The notes beneath the pieces were generated by a model. That model saw nothing but the letters and a program-made list of their open reading frames with translations, had not been told where the DNA came from and made no database searches. A stretch of 64,000 bases of DNA, taken from contig OZ024744.1 in assembly GCA_964016885.1 (NCBI GenBank), positions 135,098,001 through 135,162,000 on the forward strand, read 5' to 3'. Positions 11,750 to 25,789 of this stretch are shown in pieces. A program made the translations under genes and the position numbers. The DNA is from Eledone cirrhosa (Eukaryota). How positions within the stretch are numbered: position 1 is the stretch's first letter; every line of letters begins with the position of its first letter.

Positions 11750-14700
11750 GGGTTAAATTAAGTTGGAGTTAAGTTAAGTTGGGGTTAAGTTAAGTTGGGG
11801 TTAAGTTAAGTTGGGGGTAAGTTAAGTTGGTGGTAAGTTAAGTTGGGGGTAAGTTAAGATGGGGTTAAGTTAAGTTGGGGTTAAATTAAGTTGGGGTTAA
11901 ATTAAGTTGGGGTTAAGTTAAGTTGGGGGTAAGTTAAGTTGGGGGCAAGTTAAGTTGGGGTTAAGTTAAGTTGGGGTTAAATTAAGTTGGGGTTAAGTTA
12001 AGTTGGGGTTAAGTTAAGTGGTGGTTATGTTAAGTTGGGGTTAAGTTAATTTGGGGTTAAGTTAAGTTGGGGTTAAGTTAAGTTGGGGTTAAATTAAGTT
12101 GGGGTTAAAGTAAGTTGGGGTTAAGTTAAGTTGGGGGTAAGTTAAATTGGGGGCAAGTTAAGTTGGGGTTAAGTTAAGTTGGGGTTAAATTAAGTTGGGG
12201 TTAAGTTAAGTTGGGGTTAAGTTAAGTTGGGGTTAAGTTAAGTTGGGGTTAAATTAAATTGGCGTTAAGTTAAGTTGGGGTAAAGTTAAGTTGGGGTTAA
12301 TTTAAGTTGGGGTTAAGTTAAGGCGGGGTTAAGTTGAGTTGGGGTTAAGTTAAGTTGGGGTTAAGTTAAGTTGGGTTGAGTTAATTTGGGGTTAACTTAA
12401 GTTGGGGGTACTTAAGTTGGGTTTAAGTTAAGTGGGGTTAAGTTAAGTTGGGGTTAAGTTAAGTTGGGGTTAAGTTAAGTTGGGGTTAAGTTAGGTTGTC
12501 GTTAAGTTAAGTTGGGGGTAAGTTAAGTTGGGTGTAAGTTAAGTTGGGGTTAATTTAAGTTGGGTCTAATTAAGTTGGGGTTAAGTTAAGTTGGGGTTAA
12601 GTTAAGTTGGGGTTGAGTTAATTTGGGGTTAACTTAAGTTGGGGGTACTTAAGTTGGGTTTAAGTTATGTGGGGTTAAGTTAAGTTGGGGTTAAGTTAAG
12701 TTGGGGTTAAGTTAAGTTGGGGGTAAGTTAAGTTGAGGGTAAGTTAAGTTGGGGTTGAGTTAATTTGGGGTTAAGTTAAGTTGGGGTTATGTTAAGTTGG
12801 GGTTAAGTTAAGTTGGGGTTAAGTTGAGTTGGGGTTCAGTTAAGTTGCGGTTAATTTAAGTAGGGGTTAAGTTAAGTTGGGGTTAATTTAAGTTGGGGTT
12901 AAGTTAAGTTGGGCTTAATTTAAGTTGGGGTTAAGTTAAGTTGGGGTTAAGTTAAGTTGGGGTTAAGTTAAGTTGGGGTTAAGTTAAGTTGGGGTTAAAT
13001 TAAATTGGGGTTAAGTTAAGTTGGGGTTAAGTTAAGTTGGGGTTAAGATAAGTTGGGGTTAAGTTAAGTTGGGGTTGAGTTAAGTTGGAGTTGAGTTAAT
13101 TTGGGGTTAACTTAAGTTGGGGGTACTTAAGTTGGGTTTAAGTTAAGTGGGGTTAAGTTAAGTTGGGGTTAAGTTAAGTTGGGGTTAAGTTAAGTTGGGG
13201 TTAAGTTAGGTTGTGGTTAAGTTAAGTTGGGGGTAAGTTAAGTTGGGGGTAATTTAAGTTGGGGTTAATTTAAGTTGGGTCTAATTAAGTTGGGGTTAAG
13301 TTAAGTTGGGGTTAAGTTAAGTTGGGGTTAAGTTAAGTTGGGGTTAAATTAAGTTGGGGTTAAATTAAGTTGGGGTTAAGTTAAGTTGGGGGTAATTTAA
13401 GTTGGGGGCAAGTTAAGTTGGGGTTAAGTTAAGTTGGGGTTAAATTAAGTTGGGGTTAAGTTAAGTTGGTGTTAAGTTAAGTTGGGGTTTATTTAAGTTG
13501 GGGTTAATTAAGTTGGGGTTAAGTTAAGTTGGTGTTAAGTTAAGTTGGGGTTAATTTAAGTTGTGGTTGAGTTAAGTTGGGGTTAAGTTAAGTTGGGGTT
13601 AAGTTAAGTTGGTGTTAAGTTAAATTGGGGCTAAGTTAAGTTGGGGCTGAGTTAAGTTGGGGCTGAGTTAAGTTGGGGTTAAGTTAAGTTGGGGTTGAGT
13701 TAAGTTGGGGTTAAGTTAAGTTGGGGTTAAGTTAAGTTGGGGTTTAGTTAAGTTGGGGTTCAGTTAAGTTGGGGTTAAGTTAAGTTTGGGTTAAGTTGGG
13801 GTTAAATTAAGTTGGGGTTAAATTAAGTTGGGGTTATGTTAAGTTGGGGTTAAGTTAAGTTGCGGTTAAGTTAAGTTGGGGTTAAGTTAAGTTGGGGTTA
13901 AGTTAACTTGGGGTTAAGTTAAGTTGGGGTTAAGTTAAGTTGGGGTTAAGTTAAGTTGGGGTTAATTTAAGTTGGTGTTAAGTTAAGGCGGGGTTAAGTT
14001 GAGTTGGGGTTAAGTTAAGTTGGGGTTAAGTTAAGTTGGGGTTGAGTTAATTTGGGGTTAACTTAAGTTGGGGGTACTTAAGTTGGGTTTAAGTTAAGTG
14101 GGGTTAAGTTAAGTTGGGGTTAGGTTAAGTTGGGGTTAAGTTAAGTTGGGGGTAAGTTAAGTTGAGGGTAAGTTAAGTTGGGGTTAATTTAAGTTGGGTC
14201 AAATTAAGTTGGGGTTAAGTTAAGTTGGAGTTAAGTTAAGTTGGGGTTAAATTAAGTTGGGGTTAAGTTAAGTTGGGGTTAAATTAAGTTGGAGTTAATT
14301 TAAGTTGGGGTTAAGTTAAGTTGGGGTTAAGTTAAGTTGGGGGTAAGTTAAGTTGGGGTTAAGTTAAGTTGGGGTTAAGTTAAGTTGGGGTTACTTTAAG
14401 TTGGGGTTAAGTTAAGTTGGGGTTAAGTTAAGTTGGGGTTAAGTTAAGTTGGGGTAAAGTTAAGTTGCGGTTAAATTAAGTTGGGGTTAAGTTAATTTGG
14501 GGTTAAGTTAAGTTGGGGTTAAGATAAGTTGGGGTTAAGTTAAGTAGTGGTTGAGTTAAGTTGGGGTTGAGTTAATTTGGGGTTAACTTAAGTTGGGGGT
14601 ACTTAAGTTGGGTTTAAGTTAAGTGGGGTTAAGTTAAGTTGGGGTTAAGTTAGGATGTGGTTAAGTTAAGTTGGGGTAAGTTAAGTTGGGGGTAAGTTAA

Positions 14701-17700
14701 GTTGGGGTTAATTTAAGTTGGGTCTAATTAAGTTGGGGTTAAGTTAAGTTGGGGTTAAGTTAAGTTGGGGTTAAATTAAGTTGGGGTTAAGTTAAGTTGG
14801 GGCTAAATTAAGTTTGGGTTAATTAAGTTGGGGTTAAGTTAAGTTGGGGTTAAGTTAAGTTGGGGTTAAGTTGGGGTTAAGTTAAGTTGGGGCTAAATTA
14901 AGTTGGAGTTAAGTTAAGTTGGGGTTAAGTTAAGTTGGGGTTAAGTTAAGTTGGGGGTAAGTTAAGTTGGTGGTAAGTTAAGTTGGGGGTAAGTTAAGAT
15001 GGGGTTAAGTTAAGTTGGGGTTAAATTAAGTTGGGGTTAAATTAAGTTGGGGTTAAGTTAAGTTGGGGGTAAGTTAAGTTGGGGGCAAGTTAAGTTGGGG
15101 TTAAGTTAAGTTGGGGTTAAATTAAGTTGGGGTTAAGTTAAGTTGGGGTTAAGTTAAGTGGTGGTTATGTTAAGTTGGGGTTAAGTTAATTTGGGGTTAA
15201 GTTAGGGTTAAGTTAAGTTGGGGTTGAGTTAAGTTGGGGTTAAGTTAAGTTGGGGATAAGTTAAGTTGGGGTTAATTTAAGTTGGGGTTAAGTTAAGTTG
15301 GGGTTAAGTTAAGTTGGGGTTAAGTTAATTGGGGTTAAGTTAAGTTGGGGTTAAATTAAGTTGGGGTTAAGTTAATTTAGGGTTAAGTTATGGTTAAGTT
15401 AAGTTGGGGTTGAGTTAAGTTGGGGTTAAGTTAAGTTGGGGTTATGTTAAGATGGGGTTAAGTTAAGTTGGAGTTAAGTTGAGTTGGGCTTCAGTTAAGT
15501 TGCGGTTAATTTAAGTTGGGGTTAAGTTAAGTTGGGGTTAAGTTAAGTTGGGGTTAAGTTAAGTTGGGGTTAATTTAAGTTGGGGTTAAGTTAAGTTGGG
15601 GTTAAGTTAAGTTGGGGTTAATTTAAGTTGGGGTTAAGTTAAGTTGGGGTTAAATTAAGTTGGGGTTAAGTTAAGTTGGGGTTAAGTTAAGTTGGGGTTA
15701 AATTAAGTTGGGGTTAAAGTAAGTTGGGGTTAAGTTAAGTTGGGGGTAAGTTAAGTTGGGGGCAAGTTAAGTTGGGGTTAAGTTAAGTTGGGGTTAAATT
15801 AAGTTGGGGTTAAGTTAAGTTGGGGTTAAGTTAAGTTGGGGTTAAGTTAAGTTGGGGTTAAATTAAATTGGCGTTAAGTTAAGTTGGGGTAAAGTTAAGT
15901 TGGGGTTAATTTAAGTTGGGGTTAAGTTAAGGCGGGGTTAAGTTGAGTTGGGGTTAAGTTAAGTTGGGGTTAAGTTAAGTTGGGTTGAGTTAATTTGGGG
16001 TTAACTTAAGTTGGGGGTACTTAAGTTGGGTTTAAGTTAAGTGGGGTTAAGTTAAGTTGGGGTTAAGTTAAGTTGGGGTTAAGTTAAGTTGGGGTTAAGT
16101 TAGGTTGTCGTTAAGTTAAGTTGGGGGTAAGTTAAGTTGGGTGTAAGTTAAGTTGGGGTTAATTTAAGTTGGGTCTAATTAAGTTGGGGTTAAGTTAAGT
16201 TGGGGTTAAGTTAAGTTGGGGTTGAGTTAATTTGGGGTTAACTTAAGTTGGGGGTACTTAAGTTGGGTTTAAGTTATGTGGGGTTAAGTTAAGTTGGGGT
16301 TAAGTTAAGTTGGTGTTAAGTTAAGTTGGGGGTAAGTTAAGTTGAGGGTAAGTTAAGTTGGGGTTGAGTTAATTTGGGGTTAAGTTAAGTTGGGGTTATG
16401 TTAAGTTGGGGTTAAGTTAAGTTGGGGTTAAGTTGAGTTGGGGTTCAGTTAAGTTGCGGTTAATTTAAGTAGGGGTTAAGTTAAGTTGGGGTTAATTTAA
16501 GTTGGGGTTAAGTTAAGTTGGGCTTAATTTAAGTTGGGGTTAAGTTAAGTTGGGGTTAAGTTAAGTTGGGGTTAAGTTAAGTTGGGGTTAAGTTAAGTTG
16601 GGGTTAAATTAAATTGGGGTTAAGTTAAGTTGGGGTTAAGTTAAGTTGGGGTTAAGATAAGTTGGGGTTAAGTTAAGTTGGGGTTGAGTTAAGTTGGAGT
16701 TGAGTTAATTTGGGGTTAACTTAAGTTGGGGGTACTTAAGTTGGGTTTAAGTTATGTGGGGTTAAGTTAAGTTGGGGTTAAGTTAAGTTGGGGTTAAGTT
16801 AAGTTGGGGGTAAGTTAAGTTGAGGGTAAGTTAAGTTGGGGTTGAGTTAATTTGGGGTTAAGTTAAGTTGGGGTTATGTTAAGTTGGGGTTAAGTTAAGT
16901 TGGGGTTAAGTTGAGTTGGGGTTCAGTTAAGTTGCGGTTAATTTAAGTAGGGGTTAAGTTAAGTTGGGGTTAATTTAAGTTGGGGTTAAGTTAAGTTGGG
17001 CTTAATTTAAGTTGGGGTTAAGTTAAGTTGGGGTTAAGTTAAGTTGGGGTTAAGTTAAGTTGGGGTTAAGTTAAGTTGGGGTTAAATTAAATTGGGGTTA
17101 AGTTAAGTTGGGGTTAAGTTAAGTTGGGGTTAAGATAAGTTGGGGTTAAGTTAAGTTGGGGTTGAGTTAAGTTGGAGTTGAGTTAATTTGGGGTTAACTT
17201 AAGTTGGGGGTACTTAAGTGGGGGTTAAGTTAAGTTGGGGTTAAGTTAAGTTGGGGTTAAGTTAAGTTGGGGTTAAATTAAGTTGGGGTTAAATTAAGTT
17301 GGGGTTAAGTTAAGTTGGGGGTAAGTTAAGTTGGGGGCAAGTTAAGTTGGGGTTAAGTTAAGTTGGGGTTAAATTAAGTTGGGGTTAAGTTAAGTTGGTG
17401 TTAAGTTAAGTTGGGGTTTATTTAAGTTGGGGTTAATTAAGTTGGGGTTAAGTTAAGTTGGTGTTAAGTTAAGTTGGGGTTAATTTAAGTTGGGGTTGAG
17501 TTAAGTTGGGGTTAAGTTAAGTTGGGGTTAAGTTAAGTTGGTGTTAAGTTAAGTTGGGGCTAAGTTAAGTTGGGGCTGAGTTAAGTTGGGGCTGAGTTAA
17601 GTTGGGGTTAAGTTAAGTTGGGGTTGAGTTAAGTTGGGGTTAAGTTAAGTTGGGGTTAAGTTAAGTTGGGGTTTAGTTAAGTTGGGGTTCAGTTAAGTTG

Positions 17701-19000
17701 GGGTTAAGTTAAGTTTGGGTTAAATTGGGGTTAAATTAAGTTGGGGTTAAGTTAAGTTGGGGTTATGTTAAGTTGGGGTTAAGTTAAGTTGCGGTTAAGT
17801 TAAGTTGGGGTTAAGTTAAGTTGGGGTTAAGTTAACTTGGGGTTAAGTTAAGTTGGGGTTAAGTTAAGTTGGGGTTAATTTAAGTTGGTGTTAAGTTAAG
17901 GCGGGGTTAAGTTGAGTTGGGGTTAAGTTAAGTTGGGGTTAAGTTAAGTTGGGGTTGAGTTAATTTGGGGTTAACTTAAGTTGGGGGTACTTAAGTTGGG
18001 TTTAAGTTAAGTGGGGTTAAGTTAAGTTGGGGTTAGGTTAAGTTGGGGTTAAGTTAAGTTGGGGGTAAGTTAAGTTGAGGGTAAGTTAAGTTGGGGTTAA
18101 TTTAAGTTGGGTCAAATTAAGTTGGGGTTAAGTTAAGTTGGAGTTAAGTTAAGTTGGGGTTAAATTAAGTTGGGGTTAAGTTAAGTTGGGGTTAAATTAA
18201 GTTGGAGTTAAGTTAAGTTGGGGTTAAGTTAAGTTGGGGTTAAGTTAAGTTGGGGGTAAGTTAAGTTGGTGGTAAGTTAAGTTGGGGGTAAGTTAAGATG
18301 GGGTTAAGTTAAGTTGGGGTTAAGTTAATTTGGGGTTAAGTTAGGGTTAAGTTAAGTTGGGTTGATTTAAGTTGGGGTTAAGTTAAGTTGGGGTTATGTT
18401 AAGTTGGGGTTAAGTTAAGTTGGGGTTTAGTTGATTTTGGGTTCAGTTAAGTTGCGGTTAAGTTAAGTTGGGGTTAAGTTAAGTTGGGGTTAAGTTAAGT
18501 TGGGGTTACTTTAAGTTGGGGTTAAGTTAAGTTGGGGTTAAGTTAAGTTGGGGTTAAGTTAAGTTGGGGTTAAGTTAAGTTGCGGTTAAATTAAGTTGGG
18601 GTTAAGTTAATTTGGTGTTAAGTTAAGTTGGGGTTAAGATAAGTTGGGGTTAAGTTAAGAAGGGGTTGAGTTAAGTTGGGGTTGAGTTAATTTGGGGTTA
18701 ACTTAAGTTGGGGGTACTTAAGTTGGGTTTAAGTTAAGTGGGGTTAAGTTAAGTTGGGGTTAAGTTAAGTTGGGGTTAAGTTAGGATGTGGTTAAGTTAA
18801 GTTGGGGTAAGTTAAGTTGGGGGTAAGTTAAGTTGGGGTTAATTTAAGTTGGGTCTAATTAAGTTGGGGTTAAGTTAAGTTGGGGTTAAGTTAACTTGGG
18901 GTTAAATTAAGTTGGGGTTAAGTTAAGTTGGGGCTAAATTAAGTTTGGGTTAATTAAGTTGGGGTTAAGTTAAGTTGGGGTTAAGTTAAGTTGGGGTTAA
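11750..19000 (+). repeat. Imperfect tandem duplication: ~11.75-14.9 kb block repeated at ~14.9-19.0 kb
   Basis: GTGGTGGTTATG 12018/15158 (offset 3140), TTGGCG (GCG at 12262/15871, 3609), GTTGTCG (TCG at 12499/16108, 3609), GGTTAGGTTAAG (TAGG at 14121/18034, 3913). The changing offsets indicate internal indels. Confidence 0.8.
16230..17220 (+). repeat. 478-bp tandem duplication (30 monomers), also present in the downstream copy at ~24950-25940
   Basis: AAGTAGGGG (TAG) at 16470/16948 and at 25192/25670, both offset 478. GGGCTTAATTT and TTATGTGGGG markers are doubled likewise. Confidence 0.85.
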
Positions 19001-21649
19001 GTTAAGTTGGGGGTAAGTTAAGTTGGTGGTAAGTTAAGTTGGGGGTAAGTTAAGATGGGGTTAAGTTAAGTTGGGGTTAAGTTAATTTGGGGTTAAGTTA
19101 GGGTTAAGTTAAGTTGGGGTTGAGTTAAGTTGGGGTTAAGTTAAGTTGGGGTTATGTTAAGTTGGGGTTAAATTAAGTTGGGGTTAAGTTAAGTTGGGGT
19201 TAAGTTAAGTTGGTGTTAAGTTAAGTTGGGGCTAAGTTAAGTTGGGGCTGAGTTAAGTTGGGGCTGAGTTAAGTTGGGGTTAAGTTAAGTTGGGGTTAAG
19301 TTAAGTTGGGGTTAAGTTAAGTTGGGGTTAAGTTAAGTTGGGGTTGAGTTAAGTTGGGGTTCAGTTAAGTTGGGGTTAAGTTAAGTTGGGGTTAAGATGG
19401 GGTTAAATTAAGTTGGGGTTAAGTTAAGTTGGGGTTAAGTTAAGTTGGGGTTAAGTTAAGTTGGGGTTAAGTTAAGTCGGGGTTAAGTTAAGTCGGGGTT
19501 AAGTTAAGTTAGGGTTAAGTTAAGTTGGAGTTAAGTTAAGTTGGGGTTGAGTTAAGTTGGGGTTGAGTTAAGTTGGGGTTAAGTTAAGTTGGGGTTAAGT
19601 TAAGTTGGTGTTAAGTTAAGTTGGGGCTAAGTTAAGTTGGGGTTAAGTTAAGTTGGGGTTAAGTTAAGTTGGGGTTTAGTTAAGTTGGGGTTCAGTTAAG
19701 TTGGGGTTAAGTTAAGTTTGGGTTAAGTTGGGGTTAAATTAAGTTGGGGTTAAGTTAAGTTGGGGTTTAGTTAAGTTGGGGTTAAGTTAAGTTGGGGTTA
19801 ATTTAAGTTGGGGTTAAGTTAAGTTGCGGGTAATTTAAGTTGGGGTTAAGTTAAGTTGGGGTTAAATTAAGTTGGAGTTAAGTTAAGTTGGGGTTAAGTT
19901 AAGTTGGGGTTAAGTTAAGTTGGGGGTAAGTTAAGTTGGTGGTAAGTTAAGTTGGGGGTAAGTTAAGATGGGGTTAAGTTAAGTTGGGGTTAAATTAAGT
20001 TGGGGTTAAATTAAGTTGGGGTTAAGTTAAGTTGGGGGTAAGTTAAGTTGGGGGCAAGTTAAGTTGGGGTTAAGTTAAGTTGGGGTTAAATTAAGTTGGG
20101 GTTAAGTTAAGTTGGGGTTAAGTTAAGTGGTGGTTATGTTAAGTTGGGGTTAAGTTAATTTGGGGTTAAGTTAGGGTTAAGTTAAGTTGGGGTTGAGTTA
20201 AGTTGGGGTTAAGTTAAGTTGGGGTTAAGTTAAGTTGGGGTTAATTTAAGTTGGGGTTAAGTTAAGTTGGGGTTAAGTTAAGTTGGGGTTAAGTTAAGTT
20301 GGGGTTAAGTTAAGTTGGGGTTAAATTAAGTTGGGGTTAAGTTAATTTAGGGTTAAGTTATGGTTAAGTTAAGTTGGGGTTGAGTTAAGTTGGGGTTAAG
20401 TTAAGTTGGGGTTATGTTAAGATGGGGTTAAGTTAAGTTGGGGTTAAATTAAGTTGGAGTTAAGTTAAGTTGGGGTTAAGTTAAGTTGGGGTTAAGTTAA
20501 GTTGGGGGTAAGTTAAGTTGGTGGTAAGTTAAGTTGGGGGTAAGTTAAGATGGGGTTAAGTTAAGTTGGGGTTAAGTTAATTTGGGGTTAAGTTAGGGTT
20601 AATTTAAGTTGGGGTTGAGTTAAGTTGGGGTTAAGTTAAGTTGCGGTTACGTTAATTTGGGGTTAAGTTAAGTTGGGGTTAAGTTGAGTTGGGGTTCAGT
20701 TAAGTTGCGGTTAAGTTAAGTTGGGGTTAAGTTAAGTTGGGGTTAAATTAAGTTGGGGTTACTTTAAGTTGGGGTTAAGTTAAGTTGGGGTTAAGTTAAG
20801 TTGGGGCTGAGTTAAGTTGGGGCTGAGTTAAGTTGGGGTTAAGTTAAGTTGGGGTTGAGTTAAGTTGGGGTTAAGTTAAGTTGGGGTTAAGGTTAGTTGG
20901 GGTTAAGTTAAGTTGGGGTTAAGTTAAGTTGGGGTTGAGTTAAGTTGGGGTTAAGTTAAGTTGGGGTTAAGTTAAGTTGGGGTTCAGTTAAGTTGGGGTT
21001 AAGTTAAGTTGGGGTTAAGATGGGGTTAAATTAAGTTGGGGTTAAGTTAAGTTGGGGTTAAGTTAAGTCGGGGTTAAGTTAAGTCGGGGTTAAGTTAAGT
21101 TAGGGTTAAGTTAAGTTGGAGTTAAGTTAAGTTGGGGTTGAGTTAAGTTGGGGTTGAGTTAAATTGGGGTGGAGTTAAGTTGGGGTTGAGTTAAGTTGGT
21201 GTTGAGTTAAGTTGGGGTTAACTTAAGTTGGGGTTAAGTTAAGTTGCAGTTAAGTTAAGTTGAGTTTAAGTTAAGTTGGGGCTAAGTTAAGTTGGGGCTA
21301 AGTTAAGTTGGGGCTAAGTTAAGTTGGGGCTAAGTTAAGTTGGGGTTCAGTTAAGTTGGTGTTAAGTTAAGTTTGGGTTAAGTTGGGGTTAAATGAAGTT
21401 GGGGTTAAGTTAAGTTGGGGTTTAGTTAAGTTGGGGTTAAGTTAAGTTGGGGTTAATTTAAGTTGGGGTTAAGTTAAGTTGGGGTTAAGTTAAGTGGTGG
21501 TTATGTTAAGTTGGGGTTAAGTTAAGTTGGGGTTAATTTAAATTGGGGTTAAGTTAATTTTGTGGTTAAGTTAAGTTGGGGTTAAGTTAAGTCGGGGTTA
21601 AGTTAATTTGGGGTTGAGTTAAGTTGGGGTTAATTTAAGTTGGGGCTAA

Positions 21650-23700
21650 GTTAATTTGTGGTTAAGTTAAGTTGGGGTTAAGTTAAGTTGGGGTTAAGTT
21701 AAGTTGGGGTTGAGTTAAGTTGGGGTTGAGTTAATTTAGGGTTAAGTTAAGTTGGGGTTAAGTTAAGTTGGGTTTAAGTTAAGTTGGGGTTAAATTAAGT
21801 TGGGGTTAAATTAAGTTGGGGTTAAGTTAAGTTGGGGGTAAGTTAAGTTGGGGGCAAGTTAAGTTGGGGTTAAGTTAAGTTGGGGTTAAATTAAGTTGGG
21901 GTTAAGTTAAGTTGGTGTTAATTTAAGTTGGGGTTTATTTAAGTTGGGGTTAATTAAGTTGGGGTTAAGTTAAGTTGGGGTTAAGTTAAGTTGGGGTTAA
22001 TTTAAGTTGGGGTTGAGTTAAGTTGCGGTTAAGTTAAGTTGGGTTTATATTAAGTTGGGGTTAAGTTAAGTTGGGGTTAAGTTAAGTTAGGGTTAAGTTA
22101 AGTTGGGGTTAAGTTAAGTTGGGGCTGAGTTAAGTTGGGGCTGAGTTAAGTTGGGGTTAAGTTAAGTTGGGGTTGATTTAAGTTGGGGTTAAGTTAAGTT
22201 GGGGTTAAGTTAAGTTGGGGTTAAGTTAAGTTGGGTTTAAGTTAAGTTGGGGTTTAGTTAAGTTGGGGTTCAGTTAAGTTGGGGTTAAGTTAAGTTTGGG
22301 TTAAGTTGGAGTTAAATTAATTTGGGGTTAAGTTAAGTTGGGGTTTAGTTAAGTTGGGGTTAAGTTAAGTTGGGGTTAATTTAAGTTGGGGTTAAGTTAA
22401 GTTGCGGGTAATTTAAGTTGGGGTTAAGTTAAGTTGGGGTTAAGTTAAGGCGGGGTTAAGTTGAGTTGGGGTTGAGTTAATTTGGGGTTAACTTAAGTTG
22501 GGGGTACTTAAGGTGGGTTTAAGTTAAGTGGGGTTAAGTTAAGTTGGGGTTAAGTTAAGTTGGGGTTAAGTTAAGTTGGGGTTAAGTTAGGTTGTGGTTA
22601 AGTTAAGTTGGGGGTAAGTTAAGTTGGGGGTAAGTTAAGTTGCGGTTAATTTAAGTTGGGTCTAATTAAGTTGGGGTTAAGTTAAGTTGGGGTTAAGTTA
22701 AGTTGGGGTTGAGTTAATTTGGGGTTAAGTTAAGTTGGGGTTAAGTTAAGTTGGGTTTAAGTTAAGTTGGGGTTAAATTAAGTTGGGGTTAAATTAAGTT
22801 GGGGTTAAGTTAAGTTGGGGGTAAGTTAAGTTGGGGGCAAGTTAAGTTGGGGTTAAGTTAAGTTGGGGTTAAATTAAGTTGGGGTTAAGTTAAGTTGGTC
22901 TTAATTTAAGTTGGGGTTTATTTAAGTTGGGGTTAATTAAGTTGGGGTTAAGTTAAGTTGGGGTTAAGTTAAGTTGGGGTTACTTTAAGTTGGGGTTAAG
23001 TTAATTTGTGGTTAAGTTAAGTTGGGGTTAAGTTAAGTTGGGGTTAAGTTAAGTTGGGGTTGAGTTAAGTTGGGGTTGAGTTAATTTAGGGTTAAGTTAA
23101 GTTGGGGTTAAGTTAAGTTGGGTTTAAGTTAAGTTGGGGTTAAATTAAGTTGGGGTTAAATTAAGTTGGGGTTAAGTTAAGTTGGGGGTAAGTTAAGTTG
23201 GGGGCAAGTTAAGTTGGGGTTAAGTTAAGTTGGGGTTAAATTAAGTTGGGGTTAAGTTAAGTTGGTGTTAATTTAAGTTGGGGTTTATTTAAGTTGGGGT
23301 TAATTAAGTTGGGGTTAAGTTAAGTTGGGGTTAAGTTAAGTTGGGGTTAATTTAAGTTGGGGTTGAGTTAAGTTGCGGTTAAGTTAAGTTGGGTTTATAT
23401 TAAGTTGGGGTTAAGTTAAGTTGGGGTTAAGTTAAGTTAGGGTTAAGTTAAGTTGGGGTTAAGTTAAGTTGGGGCTGAGTTAAGTTGGGGCTGAGTTAAG
23501 TTGGGGTTAAGTTAAGTTGGGGTTGATTTAAGTTGGGGTTAAGTTAAGTTGGGGTTAAGTTAAGTTGGGGTTAAGTTAAGTTGGGTTTAAGTTAAGTTGG
23601 GGTTTAGTTAAGTTGGGGTTCAGTTAAGTTGGGGTTAAGTTAAGTTTGGGTTAAGTTGGAGTTAAATTAATTTGGGGTTAAGTTAAGTTGGGGTTTAGTT
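21650..23700 (+). repeat. 1350-bp tandem duplication (second copy truncated); the same unit recurs at ~34.9-37.6 kb
   Basis: TTTATAT at 22044/23394 (offset 1350) and GGTCTTAA at 36125/37475 (1350). Confidence 0.8.
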
Positions 23701-25789
23701 AAGTTGGGGGTAAGTTAAGATGGGGTTAAGTTAAGTTGGGGTTAAATTAAGTTGGGGTTAAATTAAGTTGGGGTTAAGTTAAGTTGGGGGTAAGTTAAGT
23801 TGGGGGCAAGTTAAGTTGGGGTTAAGTTAAGTTGGGGTTAAATTAAGTTGGGGTTAAGTTAAGTTGGGGTTAAGTTAAGTGGTGGTTATGTTAAGTTGGG
23901 GTTAAGTTAATTTGGGGTTAAGTTAGGGTTAAGTTAAGTTGGGGTTGAGTTAAGTTGGGGTTAAGTTAAGTTGGGGTTAAGTTAAGTTGGGGTTAATTTA
24001 AGTTGGGGTTAAGTTAAGTTGGGGTTAAGTTAAGTTGGGGTTAAGTTAAGTTGGGGTTAAGTTAAGTTGGGGTTAAATTAAGTTGGGGTTAAGTTAATTT
24101 AGGGTTAAGTTATGGTTAAGTTAAGTTGGGGTTGAGTTAAGTTGGGGTTAAGTTAAGTTGGGGTTATGTTAAGATGGGGTTAAGTTAAGTTGGAGTTAAG
24201 TTGAGTTGGGGTTCAGTTAAGTTGCGGTTAATTTAAGTTGGGGTTAAGTTAAGTTGGGGTTAAGTTAAGTTGGGGTTAAGTTAAGTTGGGGTTAATTTAA
24301 GTTGGGGTTAAGTTAAGTTGGGGTTAAGTTAAGTTGGGGTTAATTTAAGTTGGGGTTAAGTTAAGTTGGGGTTAAATTAAGTTGGGGTTAAGTTAAGTTG
24401 GGGTTAAGTTAAGTTGGGGTTAAATTAAGTTGGGGTTAAAGTAAGTTGGGGTTAAGTTAAGTTGGGGGTAAGTTAAGTTGGGGGCAAGTTAAGTTGGGGT
24501 TAAGTTAAGTTGGGGTTAAATTAAGTTGGGGTTAAGTTAAGTTGGGGTTAAGTTAAGTTGGGGTTAAGTTAAGTTGGGGTTAAATTAAATTGGCGTTAAG
24601 TTAAGTTGGGGTAAAGTTAAGTTGGGGTTAATTTAAGTTGGGGTTAAGTTAAGGCGGGGTTAAGTTGAGTTGGGGTTAAGTTAAGTTGGGGTTAAGTTAA
24701 GTTGGGTTGAGTTAATTTGGGGTTAACTTAAGTTGGGGGTACTTAAGTTGGGTTTAAGTTAAGTGGGGTTAAGTTAAGTTGGGGTTAAGTTAAGTTGGGG
24801 TTAAGTTAAGTTGGGGTTAAGTTAGGTTGTCGTTAAGTTAAGTTGGGGGTAAGTTAAGTTGGGTGTAAGTTAAGTTGGGGTTAATTTAAGTTGGGTCTAA
24901 TTAAGTTGGGGTTAAGTTAAGTTGGGGTTAAGTTAAGTTGGGGTTGAGTTAATTTGGGGTTAACTTAAGTTGGGGGTACTTAAGTTGGGTTTAAGTTATG
25001 TGGGGTTAAGTTAAGTTGGGGTTAAGTTAAGTTGGGGTTAAGTTAAGTTGGGGGTAAGTTAAGTTGAGGGTAAGTTAAGTTGGGGTTGAGTTAATTTGGG
25101 GTTAAGTTAAGTTGGGGTTATGTTAAGTTGGGGTTAAGTTAAGTTGGGGTTAAGTTGAGTTGGGGTTCAGTTAAGTTGCGGTTAATTTAAGTAGGGGTTA
25201 AGTTAAGTTGGGGTTAATTTAAGTTGGGGTTAAGTTAAGTTGGGCTTAATTTAAGTTGGGGTTAAGTTAAGTTGGGGTTAAGTTAAGTTGGGGTTAAGTT
25301 AAGTTGGGGTTAAGTTAAGTTGGGGTTAAATTAAATTGGGGTTAAGTTAAGTTGGGGTTAAGTTAAGTTGGGGTTAAGATAAGTTGGGGTTAAGTTAAGT
25401 TGGGGTTGAGTTAAGTTGGAGTTGAGTTAATTTGGGGTTAACTTAAGTTGGGGGTACTTAAGTTGGGTTTAAGTTATGTGGGGTTAAGTTAAGTTGGGGT
25501 TAAGTTAAGTTGGGGTTAAGTTAAGTTGGGGGTAAGTTAAGTTGAGGGTAAGTTAAGTTGGGGTTGAGTTAATTTGGGGTTAAGTTAAGTTGGGGTTATG
25601 TTAAGTTGGGGTTAAGTTAAGTTGGGGTTAAGTTGAGTTGGGATTCAGTTAAGTTGCGGTTAATTTAAGTAGGGGTTAAGTTAAGTTGGGGTTAATTTAA
25701 GTTGGGGTTAAGTTAAGTTGGGCTTAATTTAAGTTGGGGTTAAGTTAAGTTGGGGTTAAGTTAAGTTGGGGTTAAGTTAAGTTGGGGTT